The position numbers and the translations under genes are program-made. This document shows, piece by piece, positions 1-13,516 of a stretch of 64,000 bases of DNA. Source of the DNA: Escherichia coli (lineage in GTDB: Bacteria > Pseudomonadota > Gammaproteobacteria > Enterobacterales > Enterobacteriaceae); assembly GCF_003334385.1 (NCBI RefSeq), contig NZ_QOWN01000018.1. One strand, 5' to 3'. The notes beneath the pieces were generated by a model, which saw only the letters and a list, made by a program, of their open reading frames with translations, made no database searches and was not told the DNA's origin. Every line of letters starts with the position of its first letter. Within the stretch, counting starts at the first letter, position 1.

Positions 1-77
1 TGTTTTTGTCATGTGAGTCACCTCTGACTGAGAGTTTACTCACTTAGCCGCGTGTCCACTATTGCTGGGTAAGATCA
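1..77 (-). mobile_element. IS3 terminal fragment: terminal inverted repeat plus first codons of orfA (element continues beyond window start)
   Basis: Reverse complement of 1-77 reads TGATCTTACCCAGCAATAGTGGACACGCGGCTAAGTGAGTAAACTC...CATGACAAAAACA, recognised from memory as the IS3 end followed by the orfA ATG (12..10 on minus strand). Confidence 0.7.
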
Positions 78-421
78 GTGCCTGGCACACGCGTTTGATG
101 GAAGACGGCGTTCAGGCAATGCGCGATTATCTTGCCGGACTGGATATCGCTTCGCCAGAGCATCAGGTTCTGATGAACGTAACAGCAAAAAGCGAGGTCG
201 CTCCGTCAATTATCAAAGAAAATCTCTCATTACACTTAACTCATACGGTGAAATGGACTGAATCTCTCGATACATTTCTGAATATGCCAACCCCGGTAGC
301 TTTCCTTGAAATAAGTAATAAGCCCTATTTGGGGAATATGTTAAATGATTTTGCTGGCGTGGATCAGCAACGAGTTATGCATTGTCGTAAAGCATTTAGT
401 GATGCAAAGGTATTCAAATGA
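62..421 (+). pseudogene. ymdE: ymdE-like gene remnant (C-terminal fragment of an acyltransferase-type protein) truncated at its 5' end by IS3
   Basis: 119-aa ORF abuts the IS3 end and its first codons are IS3-derived; sits immediately upstream of ycdU as in K-12. Confidence 0.5.
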
Positions 422-1404
422 TTCCTGATTATTTAACTTTTATTCGCTTTCAGGATAAACGAAATCTGATATACATTTATGCTATTGGACTTATTCTGAT
501 AGGCTTTTATTGGAAGAATGCAGGGTTTACTTTTCCATCAGAGGATATTGGTGTAGTTAGTGGGATTCTGGCTCTGGTGCTGTATAATTTTATTTTTGAT
601 CTCAAGGCGTACTGGGCTTATAAATGCGTCACGAAGAATATCGATTTTTCGTGGTTTAAGAAAAAGCAGAACCACAAAATAGAATTATTTCTTACACAAC
701 CTCTGGTGGCAGGATTTCTGTCGTTAATCATGTTGAGTGCAATGAGTTGGGGGCTATACCAGCTTCTACCCTCGTTATATGCGCTGTTCCTGATTTCGTT
801 ACTTGGGCCGTTGGTCATCTTTCTGCTGTTTCGGATGATCCGCACCAGTTATGTCAAGCAGGTCGCTATTTCAGTAGCGAAAAAAGTAAAATATAAAAGT
901 CTGACTCGCTATGTGCTGCTTTCGGTGTGCATCTCAACGGTTGTTAACCTGCTTACTATCAGCCCGTTGCGTAACAGTGATTCTTTTGTGACAGAGGGGC
1001 AGTGGTTAACGTTTAAATCGATAATTGCATTGCTCATTCTTTGTGGCGTAGTGTTGGCGATTAATCTGTTTTTTCTGCGCTTCTCCAAGCGGTACGCTTT
1101 TCTGGGCAGGCTTTTTTTGCAGGAAATCGATCTGTTTTTCTCCAGTGAAAATGCGTTGTCGACCTTTTTTGCCAAGCCGCTTTGGCTTCGGTTATTCATA
1201 TTGCTGGTTATTGAAGTGATGTGGATTACGCTGGTGTCGGTATTGGCAACGCTTGTAGAATGGCGGATTTGGTTTGAAGCCTATTTTTTACTCTGCTATG
1301 TACCGTGCTTAATTTACTATTTTTTCTATTGTCGATTCCTCTGGCATAACGATTTTATGATGGCATGTGACATGTATTTCCGTTGGGGGCATTTTAATAA
1401 GTGA
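418..1404 (+). CDS. ycdU: inner membrane protein YcdU (multi-pass, unknown function)
   Basis: 328-aa ORF, strongly hydrophobic with multiple predicted TM segments; position between ymdE and serX. Confidence 0.8.
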
Positions 1405-1535
1405 GGAAGTGATAGGAAGTGACCAGATAATACATATATGTTCTGTACTCTCTTGCGCATTTTGATTGTTGACTGAGTAACCAGACAGTTGATGTGCACG
1501 ATTTCCCCTCGCCCTAACAGACGTGGGCGGGGGCA

Positions 1536-2158
1536 CCCGGTGTGTGCAATATACGAAAAAAAAGCCCGTACTTTCGTACGAGCTCTTCTTTAAATATGGC
1601 GGTGAGGGGGGGATTGACTCGCTTCGCTCGCCCTGCGGGCAGCCCGCTCACTGCGTTCACGGTCTGTCCAACTGGCTGTCGCCAGTTGTCGACCCCCGGT
1701 CGGGGCTTCTCATCCCCCCGGTGTGTGCAATATACGAAAAAAAAGCCCGTACTTTCGTACGAGCTCTTCTTTAAATATGGCGGTGAGGGGGGGATTGACT
1801 CGCTTCGCTCGCCCTGCGGGCAGCCCGCTCACTGCGTTCACGGTCTGTCCAACTGGCTGTCGCCAGTTGTCGACCCCCGGTCGGGGCTTCTCATCCCCCC
1901 GGTGTGTGCAATATACGAAAAAAAAGCCCGTACTTTCGTACGAGCTCTTCTTTAAATATGGCGGTGAGGGGGGGATTGACTCGCTTCGCTCGCCCTGCGG
2001 GCAGCCCGCTCACTGCGTTCACGGTCTGTCCAACTGGCTGTCGCCAGTTGTCGACCCCCGGTCGGGGCTTCTCATCCCCCCGGTGTGTGCAATATACGAA
2101 AAAAAAGCCCGTACTTTCGTACGAGCTCTTCTTTAAATATGGCGGTGAGGGGGGGATT
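1536..2158. repeat. Perfect tandem repeat, 181-bp unit x about 3.4 copies, each containing a copy of the last 19 nt of tRNA-Ser plus the tRNA terminator hairpin
   Basis: Identical 181-bp units begin at 1536, 1717, 1898 and 2079; the last copy merges into the genuine serX 3' end; motif TGGCGGTGAGGGGGGGATT recurs at period 181. Confidence 0.9.
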
Positions 2159-2227
2159 CGAACCCCCGATACGTTGCCGTATACACACTTTCCAGGCGTG
2201 CTCCTTCAGCCACTCGGACACCTCACC
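2140..2227 (-). tRNA. serX: tRNA-Ser (anticodon GGA)
   Basis: Reverse complement is GGTGAGGTGTCCGAGTGGCTGAAGGAGCACGCCTGGAAAGTGTGTATACGGCAACGTATCGGGGGTTCGAATCCCCCCCTCACCGCCA, an 88-nt class II tRNA with long variable arm and encoded CCA. Confidence 0.92.
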
Positions 2228-2421
2228 AAATTGTCGTTCCTGTCTTGCTGGAACGGGCGCTAATTTAGGGAAATCATGACCTGAGGTCAACAAACTTTTT
2301 GAAAAAATCGCGCGTTTATTCAAACTTCAATCAATGTGTGGTTTTAATAAGCGAAATCTGCTTTTTTTGCCACCGACCACGGATTTGTTATGCTGGTGGC
2401 CTTTGTAGATCATAACGATAA

Positions 2422-3399
<978 letters not shown>

Positions 3400-3453
3400 T
3401 AAAGCATCAGGATTCCTGCTATCCTTGGCGGGAATTGAATACAGGAGAGAGTT

Positions 3454-4191
3454 ATGTATCCCGTCGACCTTCATATGCATACCGTTGCCAGCACACATGC
3501 ATATAGCACATTAAGTGATTACATTGCCCAGGCCAAACAAAAGGGCATTAAACTTTTTGCGATCACCGATCATGGCCCGGATATGGAAGATGCGCCGCAT
3601 CACTGGCACTTCATTAACATGCGTATCTGGCCGCGAGTGGTTGATGGGGTAGGGATCCTGCGCGGCATCGAAGCTAACATTAAAAATGTTGATGGTGAAA
3701 TTGACTGCAGCGGTAAAATGTTTGACTCGCTGGATCTAATTATTGCCGGTTTTCATGAGCCGGTTTTTGCGCCACATGACAAAGCGACCAATACACAAGC
3801 GATGATCGCCACTATCGCCAGCGGCAATGTGCATATAATAAGCCATCCCGGAAATCCCAAATATGAAATAGATGTGAAAGCCGTTGCTGAAGCAGCCGCG
3901 AAACATCAGGTGGCGCTGGAAATCAATAATTCCTCATTTTTACACTCACGTAAGGGCAGTGAAGACAACTGTCGTGAGGTAGCCGCAGCGGTACGTGATG
4001 CTGGAGGTTGGGTGGCATTAGGCTCGGATTCTCACACCGCGTTTACCATGGGGGAATTTGAAGAGTGTCTTAAAATCCTCGACGCGGTAGATTTTCCGCC
4101 AGAGCGCATTTTGAATGTTTCTCCGCGCCGCTTACTGAACTTCCTTGAATCTCGCGGTATGGCACCGATTGCGGAATTTGCAGACCTTTAA
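3454..4191 (+). CDS. ycdX: PHP-domain zinc-dependent phosphatase YcdX
   Basis: 245-aa ORF starting [20 protein letters not shown] (PHP-domain histidine motifs). Confidence 0.9.
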   Translation: MYPVDLHMHTVASTHAYSTLSDYIAQAKQKGIKLFAITDHGPDMEDAPHHWHFINMRIWPRVVDGVGILRGIEANIKNVDGEIDCSGKMFDSLDLIIAGFHEPVFAPHDKATNTQAMIATIASGNVHIISHPGNPKYEIDVKAVAEAAAKHQVALEINNSSFLHSRKGSEDNCREVAAAVRDAGGWVALGSDSHTAFTMGEFEECLKILDAVDFPPERILNVSPRRLLNFLESRGMAPIAEFADL

Positions 4192-4214
4192 TTACTAGTA
4201 ATGGAAATATATTA

Positions 4215-4769
4215 ATGAACGAGTTTTCTATCCTCTGTCGTGTGCTGGGTTCGCTCTATTACCGCCAACCACAAGATCCTTTACTGGTGCCGCTGTTTAC
4301 CCTGATTCGTGAGGGGAAACTGGCTGCGAACTGGCCACTGGAGCAGGATGAGTTGCTGACACGTTTGCAGAAAAGCTGTGATATGACGCAAGTCTCTGCC
4401 GATTACAATGCGTTGTTTATCGGCGATGAATGTGCTGTGCCGCCATATCGTAGCGCATGGGTTGAGGGCGCGACGGAAGCGGAAGTGCGCGCTTTTCTTT
4501 CTGAGCGAGGGATGCCATTAGCGGATACGCCAGCCGATCACATCGGCACATTGCTGCTCGCAGCTTCCTGGCTGGAAGATCAGTCAACGGAAGATGAGAG
4601 CGAAGCACTGGAAACACTGTTCAGTGAGTATCTGTTACCCTGGTGTGGTGCGTTCCTTGGCAAAGTGGAGGCCCATGCAACCACGCCTTTCTGGCGCACC
4701 ATGGCACCGCTAACCCGCGATGCCATTAGTGCAATGTGGGACGAGCTGGAAGAAGATTCTGAAGAATAA
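4215..4769 (+). CDS. ycdY: chaperone YcdY (redox-enzyme maturation protein family)
   Basis: 184-aa ORF directly downstream of ycdX. Confidence 0.85.
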   Translation: MNEFSILCRVLGSLYYRQPQDPLLVPLFTLIREGKLAANWPLEQDELLTRLQKSCDMTQVSADYNALFIGDECAVPPYRSAWVEGATEAEVRAFLSERGMPLADTPADHIGTLLLAASWLEDQSTEDESEALETLFSEYLLPWCGAFLGKVEAHATTPFWRTMAPLTRDAISAMWDELEEDSEE

Positions 4770-4870
4770 GTGTGATCTACGTCACTCATAACTGCAACGG
4801 ATAATTTGTTGTTGCATAAAATGTGTGCTCGATCTCATTCATGGCCGCGTTTTCTGCTATCATGCGCGGC

Positions 4871-5362
4871 ATGAACATACTTCTCTCTATTGCAATCACA
4901 ACAGGCATTCTCTCCGGTATCTGGGGATGGGTGGCTGTTTCCCTGGGCTTACTAAGCTGGGCGGGCTTCCTGGGCTGTACGGCCTACTTTGCCTGCCCGC
5001 AAGGTGGGCTGAAAGGGCTGGCGATCTCCGCTGCAACCCTGCTTAGTGGCGTGGTGTGGGCGATGGTCATTATTTACGGTAGTGCACTGGCACCACATCT
5101 GGAAATTCTCGGTTATGTCATAACCGGTATTGTCGCGTTTCTGATGTGTATTCAGGCCAAACAGCTGCTGCTTTCATTTGTTCCGGGGACGTTTATAGGC
5201 GCATGCGCGACGTTTTCCGGGCAGGGTGACTGGAAACTGGTGTTACCTTCGCTGGCGCTTGGGCTGATATTTGGTTACGCAATGAAAAACAGTGGCCTGT
5301 GGCTGGCGGCGCGTAGTGCAAAGACGGCGCACCGTGAGCAGGAAATCAAAAATAAAGCGTGA
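4871..5362 (+). CDS. ycdZ: inner membrane protein YcdZ
   Basis: Hydrophobic ORF; start trimmed to MNILLSIAITTG to give 163 aa. Confidence 0.8.
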   Translation: MNILLSIAITTGILSGIWGWVAVSLGLLSWAGFLGCTAYFACPQGGLKGLAISAATLLSGVVWAMVIIYGSALAPHLEILGYVITGIVAFLMCIQAKQLLLSFVPGTFIGACATFSGQGDWKLVLPSLALGLIFGYAMKNSGLWLAARSAKTAHREQEIKNKA

Positions 5363-5425
5363 GGGGCACTCACGCTTTCGCTTAAACAGTAAAATGCCGG
5401 ATGATAATTCCGGCTTTTTTATCTG

Positions 5426-6259
5426 TCAGGATTCCGGTGGAACCGACATATGGCGGTATTTCACCAGAATGTCATTCTGCCGTTCTGCTTTATTTTGCAA
5501 ATCCCACAGACCACGGTCGATACCATCATTAATCAGGAAAATGACCCCTGTTTCGATAGCCGACATCAGGCACAGCATAACAGGTTCGTTCGAGGTGTAA
5601 CCCACTTCCCCTTCAAGCAAGCGCTGGTAGTCAATAAAGCGGAAAACCCCGGCCTGAACTTCATAGGAAAGTATCGTCTTACTGGTGTTCACCGAAGAAA
5701 GGATCTCGCCGGTACTCACATTGACGACGCGCAGGTTCACGGCAATCTGATCGAGCTGGTATTGCGTGTCGGCACCGATGCCAAAATATCTTGCCCCAAC
5801 CCCGCCAGATTTGACGTTGCTTTCATAACCGATAATCGAACCTTCAACCATGATATTTGCCGCCGTTAAAGATTGCAGCGGGATTCGGTTATTAATGGCA
5901 ACCGTGCCGTTTTCTTGTGCCGCACGAATAATCTTGCGCTCGTTAAGCAGGTTTTGTAAGCCCTGGCGCTCCAGCGGTATAAACCAGCGAGAATCTTTCA
6001 GTGCCGTGACCAGCATTGCCGTGGCGCTTTGCGGAACAGCAGTGGAGAAGTTACTTGCCGGGTAGGGTTTAAATTGCCCGGTTTCGTCCTGAATGTTGTA
6101 TACCGAAACAAAGATTTTACCCGTCGGCGCTGGCAGATGGGTCAAATCTTTGTAGCTCTGAGCACGAGGCATTAATGTCGGTCTGGCGGCTTCTTTAGGC
6201 GGGGCGGTTAAGCATCCGCTCAGTAACATGACGGCAACCAAAAGAAATAAGCGCTGCAT
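5426..6259 (-). CDS. csgG: curli secretion channel lipoprotein CsgG
   Basis: 277 aa with lipoprotein signal MQRLFLLVAVMLLSGC; last gene of csgDEFG. Confidence 0.95.
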   Translation of the reverse strand: MQRLFLLVAVMLLSGCLTAPPKEAARPTLMPRAQSYKDLTHLPAPTGKIFVSVYNIQDETGQFKPYPASNFSTAVPQSATAMLVTALKDSRWFIPLERQGLQNLLNERKIIRAAQENGTVAINNRIPLQSLTAANIMVEGSIIGYESNVKSGGVGARYFGIGADTQYQLDQIAVNLRVVNVSTGEILSSVNTSKTILSYEVQAGVFRFIDYQRLLEGEVGYTSNEPVMLCLMSAIETGVIFLINDGIDRGLWDLQNKAERQNDILVKYRHMSVPPES

Positions 6260-6285
6260 GATTATTTTCCTTATGAAGCTGGGGC

Positions 6286-6702
6286 TTAAAAATCGGTTGA
6301 GTTATTTTGTAAACCCGAAACCTGGATGGTCGAGGTTTGTCCGGTTTTACGATCTGTCACGTTCAACTGCAATTGACCATCGCGGTTGGCAATATCGACA
6401 ATATAATCGTTGGTCACCATGCGGCCCGGTTTACCGGTATTAATATTCGACAGTAGCCCACCTAAAATTTGTGACTGGATGGCCTGAGTAAAGTTATCTA
6501 ACGCTGAGGGTGTTTCAATACCAAAGTCATCGTTATAGCTCGGATCTTTATAAGAGTTTTGGGCCTGAGCGCTATTTAATAAAAAAGCGCCATTATTTGG
6601 GTTACCACCAAAGTTTGGATTACGGAACTGGAAAGTCATGGTTCCAGCCCAACTTAATGGCGAAATAAGCATGAGTAGAACTACTGCATGTTTGACACGC
6701 AT
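6286..6702 (-). CDS. csgF: curli assembly protein CsgF
   Basis: 138-aa secreted protein, operon position. Confidence 0.93.
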
Positions 6703-6726
6703 TGCAGCCTCCGAACAATTTTTTAT

Positions 6727-7116
6727 TTAGAATTCATCATGCGCCAAATCGCCCGTACTTAATAACGCCTGATTTATCTGGCGACGATTTAGTGCTTCTT
6801 CAGTTTGAATCAGTGCAAAGACGACAGTTTTCTCGAAGTCTCTTTTCAACGGAAATAAAAAAGTCTGGAAAATAACGTCCTGATTGACCGTTATAGTGAT
6901 CCAGCTTCCCCATCGTGCACTGGGCCTTTCATTAATCGTTAAGTTACCCGTATAGTCACTTTCCCATTTATCACTAAAGGCTCGGTAAAAATCATGGCCA
7001 ATAGATGAAACAGTATGGTCAGTTAGCAATCCCGGGACTTCTACCTCAACGGCGTGAAGATTCCCTGCGGCGAACAGAAATTCTGCCGCCACAATCCAGC
7101 GTAAATAACGTTTCAT
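6727..7116 (-). CDS. csgE: curli secretion specificity factor CsgE
   Basis: 129-aa secreted protein, operon position. Confidence 0.93.
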
Positions 7117-7120
7117 GGCT

Positions 7121-7771
<651 letters not shown>

Positions 7772-8525
7772 GATGAAACCCCGCTTTTTTTATTGATCGC
7801 ACACCTGACAGCTGCCTCTAAAATAGAAGCACCAGAAGTACTGACAGATGTTGCACTGCTGTGTGTAGTAATAAATCAGCCCTAAATGGGTAAAATATAA
7901 AACTAATGGATTACATCTGATTTCAATCTAGCCATTACAAATCTTAAATCAAGTGTTAAACATGTAACTAAATGTAACTCGTTATATTAAAATGTTAACC
8001 TTAAGGTTTTATTAAGTTTAGAAATGATAGAAAAGTTGTACATTTGGTTTTTATTGCACAATTTTAAAAAATCATACAAATGGTGATAACTTACTAATAA
8101 TGCATATAAAAAATATTTCGGTGTAGTCCTTTCGTCATGTAAAACGTTCTTGTTTTTTCTCCACACCTCCGTGGACAATTTTTTACTGCAAAAAGACGAG
8201 GTTTGTCACGGCTTGTGCGCAAGACATATCGCAGCAATCAGCGACGGGCAAGAAGAATGACTGTCTGGTGCTTTTTGATAGCGGAAAACGGAGATTTAAA
8301 AGAAAACAAAATATTTTTTTGCGTAGATAACAGCGTATTTACGTGGGTTTTAATACTTTGGTATGAACTAAAAAAGAAAAATACAACGCGCGGGTGAGTT
8401 ATTAAAAATATTTCCGCAGACATACTTTCCATCGTAACGCAGCGTTAACAAAATACAGGTTGCGTTAACAACCAAGTTGAAATGATTTAATTTCTTAAAT
8501 GTACGACCAGGTCCAGGGTGACAAC
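7772..8525. promoter_or_regulatory. csgD-csgB divergent intergenic control region (csgDEFG and csgBAC promoters)
   Basis: 754-bp AT-rich non-coding gap between divergent csgD and csgB; known to carry sigma-S dependent promoters and multiple regulator binding sites. Confidence 0.85.
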
Positions 8526-8981
8526 ATGAAAAACAAATTGTTATTTATGATGTTAACAATACTGGGTGCGCCTGGGATTGCAGCCGCAGCAGGTTATGAT
8601 TTAGCTAATTCAGAATATAACTTCGCGGTAAATGAATTGAGTAAGTCTTCATTTAATCAGGCAGCCATAATTGGTCAAGCTGGGACTAATAATAGTGCTC
8701 AGTTACGGCAGGGAGGCTCAAAACTTTTGGCGGTTGTTGCGCAAGAAGGTAGTAGCAACCGGGCAAAGATTGACCAGACAGGAGATTATAACCTTGCATA
8801 TATTGATCAGGCGGGCAGTGCCAACGATGCCAGTATTTCGCAAGGTGCTTATGGTAATACTGCGATGATTATCCAGAAAGGTTCTGGTAATAAAGCAAAT
8901 ATTACACAGTATGGTACTCAAAAAACGGCAATTGTAGTGCAGAGACAGTCGCAAATGGCTATTCGCGTGACACAACGTTAA
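8526..8981 (+). CDS. csgB: minor curlin subunit / nucleator CsgB
   Basis: Start trimmed to MKNKLLFMMLTILG; curlin repeats (Q/N-rich). Confidence 0.95.
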   Translation: MKNKLLFMMLTILGAPGIAAAAGYDLANSEYNFAVNELSKSSFNQAAIIGQAGTNNSAQLRQGGSKLLAVVAQEGSSNRAKIDQTGDYNLAYIDQAGSANDASISQGAYGNTAMIIQKGSGNKANITQYGTQKTAIVVQRQSQMAIRVTQR

Positions 8982-9021
8982 TTTCCATTCGACTTTTAAA
9001 TCAATCCGATGGGGGTTTTAC

Positions 9022-9477
9022 ATGAAACTTTTAAAAGTAGCAGCAATTGCAGCAATCGTATTCTCCGGTAGCGCTCTGGCAGGTGTTGTTCCTCAGTACG
9101 GCGGCGGCGGTAACCACGGTGGTGGCGGTAATAATAGCGGCCCAAATTCTGAGCTGAACATTTACCAGTACGGTGGCGGTAACTCTGCACTTGCTCTGCA
9201 AACTGATGCCCGTAACTCTGACTTGACTATTACCCAGCATGGCGGCGGTAATGGTGCAGATGTTGGTCAGGGCTCAGATGACAGCTCAATCGATCTGACC
9301 CAACGTGGCTTCGGTAACAGCGCTACTCTTGATCAGTGGAACGGCAAAAATTCTGAAATGACGGTTAAACAGTTCGGTGGTGGCAACGGTGCTGCAGTTG
9401 ACCAGACTGCATCTAACTCCTCCGTCAACGTGACTCAGGTTGGCTTTGGTAACAACGCGACCGCTCATCAGTACTAA
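9022..9477 (+). CDS. csgA: major curlin subunit CsgA
   Basis: 151 aa with Gly-rich N-terminus and SxxxQxGxGNxAxxxQ curlin repeats. Confidence 0.97.
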   Translation: MKLLKVAAIAAIVFSGSALAGVVPQYGGGGNHGGGGNNSGPNSELNIYQYGGGNSALALQTDARNSDLTITQHGGGNGADVGQGSDDSSIDLTQRGFGNSATLDQWNGKNSEMTVKQFGGGNGAAVDQTASNSSVNVTQVGFGNNATAHQY

Positions 9478-9535
9478 TACATCATTTGTATTACAGAAAC
9501 AGGGCGCAAGCCCTGTTTTTTTTCGGGAGAAGAAT

Positions 9536-10300
<765 letters not shown>

Positions 10301-10394
10301 GTTTCTGAACAACTCACGTTGCTGAGCAGAAAAATGCGATTTAACCAAAAAGCCTGCTGTACACTTAAGAAACAAGAAGGTGTAAGGAGGCGTT

Positions 10395-10928
10395 ATGAAA
10401 ACGCGTATTCATGTTGTGCAGGGTGATATTACCAAACTGGCCGTTGATGTGATTGTGAATGCGGCTAATCCGTCATTAATGGGAGGCGGCGGCGTCGATG
10501 GGGCCATTCATCGCGCAGCGGGTCCGGCCCTGCTGGATGCTTGTTTAAAAGTCAGGCAACAGCAGGGCGATTGCCCTACGGGGCATGCCGTTATTACGCT
10601 TGCAGGCGATCTTCCCGCTAAAGCCGTAGTGCACACCGTCGGGCCAGTCTGGCGTGGTGGTGAACAAAACGAAGACCAGCTTTTGCAGGATGCCTATCTC
10701 AATAGCCTACGACTGGTGGCGGCAAACAGCTATACGTCAGTGGCTTTTCCTGCAATCAGTACTGGGGTTTATGGTTACCCTCGTGCGGCAGCGGCTGAAA
10801 TCGCAGTAAAAACCGTTTCAGAATTTATTACCCGTCACGCTTTACCCGAACAGGTATACTTTGTCTGTTATGATGAAGAAAACGCCCACCTCTACGAAAG
10901 ACTCCTTACCCAACAAGGAGATGAATGA
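10395..10928 (+). CDS. ymdB: macrodomain O-acetyl-ADP-ribose deacetylase YmdB
   Basis: 177 aa with macro-domain motifs ([18 protein letters not shown]). Confidence 0.93.
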
Positions 10929-12351
10929 TTTGCCCCGGCTGGCGAGCGCGGTGCTGCCACTGTGTTCGCAACATCCCGGTCAGTGTGGCCTTTTTCCTCT
11001 GGAGAAAAGTCTGGATGCGTTTGCCGCCCGGTATCGTCTGGCCGAAATGGCAGAGCATACGCTCGATGTTCAGTATTACATCTGGCAGGACGATATGTCG
11101 GGTCGGTTACTGTTTTCCGCCCTGTTAGCCGCAGCAAAGCGTGGCGTTCGCGTCCGTTTGTTGCTGGACGACAACAATACGCCCGGACTTGACGACATTT
11201 TACGCTTGCTTGACAGTCATCCACGCATTGAAGTCCGGCTTTTTAATCCTTTCTCGTTTCGCTTGCTGCGTCCGCTTGGTTATATCACCGACTTTTCCCG
11301 TCTTAATCGCCGTATGCACAATAAAAGTTTCACTGTCGATGGCGTGGTGACCCTGGTGGGAGGACGAAATATTGGTGATGCCTATTTTGGAGCAGGGGAG
11401 GAGCCACTTTTTTCGGATTTAGATGTCATGGCAATAGGACCCGTGGTAGAGGACGTTGCCGATGATTTCGCCCGCTACTGGTATTGCAAATCGGTTTCAC
11501 CCTTACAGCAGGTGCTGGATGTCCCGGAGGGTGAAATGGCGGATCGCATCGAGTTACCCGCCTCCTGGCATAACGATGCCATGACGCATCGTTATTTACG
11601 CAAAATGGAATCCAGTCCATTTATAAATCATCTGGTTGATGGAACATTGCCGCTTATCTGGGCGAAGACACGTTTATTAAGTGATGATCCGGCGAAAGGG
11701 GAGGGCAAGGCAAAACGGCATTCACTGTTACCGCAGCGCCTGTTCGATATCATGGGCTCACCCAGTGAACGCATCGATATTATCTCTTCCTATTTTGTAC
11801 CGACACGCGCAGGTGTGGCGCAACTCTTACGGATGGTGAGAAAAGGGGTAAAGATTGCGATCCTAACCAATTCTCTTGCCGCTAACGATGTTGCTGTCGT
11901 CCATGCCGGATACGCGCGCTGGCGCAAAAAATTGCTCCGCTATGGCGTGGAATTATATGAACTCAAGCCGACGCGTGAACAAAGTAGTACGTTACACGAT
12001 CGCGGCATAACCGGTAATTCCGGAGCCAGCCTGCATGCTAAAACCTTTAGCATCGATGGTAAAACGGTGTTTATCGGCTCTTTCAATTTCGATCCGCGTT
12101 CAACATTGCTCAATACTGAAATGGGCTTCGTGATAGAGAGCGAAACGCTGGCACAGTTAATTGATAAACGCTTTATTCAGAGCCAGTATGATGCGGCCTG
12201 GCAGCTCCGTCTGGACAGGTGGGGACGGATCAACTGGGTTGATCGTCATGCAAAGAAAGAGATTATTCTCAAAAAAGAACCCGCCACCAGTTTCTGGAAG
12301 CGGGTTATGGTCAGACTGGCGTCGATATTGCCCGTGGAATGGTTATTGTAA
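10921..12351 (+). CDS. clsC: cardiolipin synthase C (phospholipase D family); start may instead be the TTG at 10930
   Basis: Two HKD motifs ([18 protein letters not shown]); overlaps ymdB stop (ATGAATGA). Confidence 0.88.
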   Translation: MNDLPRLASAVLPLCSQHPGQCGLFPLEKSLDAFAARYRLAEMAEHTLDVQYYIWQDDMSGRLLFSALLAAAKRGVRVRLLLDDNNTPGLDDILRLLDSHPRIEVRLFNPFSFRLLRPLGYITDFSRLNRRMHNKSFTVDGVVTLVGGRNIGDAYFGAGEEPLFSDLDVMAIGPVVEDVADDFARYWYCKSVSPLQQVLDVPEGEMADRIELPASWHNDAMTHRYLRKMESSPFINHLVDGTLPLIWAKTRLLSDDPAKGEGKAKRHSLLPQRLFDIMGSPSERIDIISSYFVPTRAGVAQLLRMVRKGVKIAILTNSLAANDVAVVHAGYARWRKKLLRYGVELYELKPTREQSSTLHDRGITGNSGASLHAKTFSIDGKTVFIGSFNFDPRSTLLNTEMGFVIESETLAQLIDKRFIQSQYDAAWQLRLDRWGRINWVDRHAKKEIILKKEPATSFWKRVMVRLASILPVEWLL

Positions 12352-12358
12352 ATGTGGC

Positions 12359-13516
12359 TTAACGGGCTGGTGCTTTATCGTTCTCACGCTTAACAACCGG
12401 TTTACCAGAGAACAAAAACTTCAGTAACGGGATGCGCAAATGAATTTCATACAGAATTATCGCAATCCCTACTACAAATATCAGGCCACAGAGAAAACCA
12501 AGCCAGTTGGAGGTGATGTGCGGTGTAATGTATGCGCCGAAAAACAGCGTTAACGGGTGGTGAACCAGATAGATAAACAGCGATGCGTTAACAAAATAAG
12601 TCACCCGCGCTGACTGGAAGTTAAGCAAACGGTGGCCAAAGGAGAAGACCACATTCACCATCCACAGACCGAGGACCATGGTGATCACCGACTCGGTTTC
12701 GTACATCCAGGCATCGCCACTGCCATAGCGCTGGTTGAGTAAATAAGCGACAAACGCCAATGCTGCTGCAAGGGTACAGCCACGAGACGGCGTGGTAAAC
12801 AAGGCTTTAAGATGAGGGAAAATGAAAGCCAGTGCGCCGAGGATAAAGAACGGCAAATAAAACAGCGTTTGCATGACAATAAAATTGAACATGCCATTAC
12901 TCAGAATGGGCGGATACACAATAAAAATCGTTCTTCTTATTACCGCATAACCGATGCCGAGGCATAAAAAAATCACCGATAGTTTTACCATCGAGAATTT
13001 TTTATTCGTTTTATCAGAATTTTCTAAATTATTTCTGATGCGCTTAAATATCCATACGCACAGCGTCGTCATGACCACTAACACCAGTAAAAACCACAGG
13101 TGTGATATTAATTCCCAGGCCAACGTATTATATTTGTCATACAATGACAGCCCAGGCCAACTTTCCGCTTTTCCTTTGACATATTGCAGCATAATAAATT
13201 GCGGTAATGTCAGTAGGGGGATGGCTGTTAACATCGGGATACCTACACGTTCGACACGTACTTTCCACCATTTTTTCAAGGGATAGCGTAAAAAAAGCAT
13301 GTAGGAAAAGTAGCCGGATATAACGAAAAATACCTGCATGCGGAACGAGTGGATGAAGTCATTAAAAAGGGTCAGCCACAATGATGATTCGGCGCTATTC
13401 ACATGCCATGTATGGCTCGAATAGATTAAAGAAATATGAAAAGGTATCCCTAACAACATCAGCCAGGCGCGGATGGAGTCGAGGAAATATTCACGTTGCG
13501 CGGGTACTGGGTTCAT
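12359..13516 (-). CDS. opgC: osmoregulated periplasmic glucan succinyltransferase OpgC
   Basis: 385-aa multi-pass membrane acyltransferase-3 family protein. Confidence 0.9.
   Translation of the reverse strand: MNPVPAQREYFLDSIRAWLMLLGIPFHISLIYSSHTWHVNSAESSLWLTLFNDFIHSFRMQVFFVISGYFSYMLFLRYPLKKWWKVRVERVGIPMLTAIPLLTLPQFIMLQYVKGKAESWPGLSLYDKYNTLAWELISHLWFLLVLVVMTTLCVWIFKRIRNNLENSDKTNKKFSMVKLSVIFLCLGIGYAVIRRTIFIVYPPILSNGMFNFIVMQTLFYLPFFILGALAFIFPHLKALFTTPSRGCTLAAALAFVAYLLNQRYGSGDAWMYETESVITMVLGLWMVNVVFSFGHRLLNFQSARVTYFVNASLFIYLVHHPLTLFFGAYITPHITSNWLGFLCGLIFVVGIAIILYEIHLRIPLLKFLFSGKPVVKRENDKAPAR

Noticed and set aside
1536-2158. Possible CRISPR array (regular repeats)
   Set aside because: Units are 181 bp, fully identical and contiguous with no unique spacers; no cas genes nearby. 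This is a tandem duplication, not a CRISPR.
1523-2279. Series of overlapping plus-strand ORFs of 83-137 aa with identical sequences (MCNIRKKSPYFRTSSSLNMAVRGG...)
   Set aside because: They are produced by reading through the 181-bp tandem repeats and the serX tRNA gene; the identical protein text simply reflects the DNA repeat. No RBS context, and they overlap a tRNA.
7987-8432. Short ORFs (63-64 aa) in the csgD-csgB intergenic region
   Set aside because: AT-rich regulatory DNA with no RBS-start arrangement; known non-coding promoter region.
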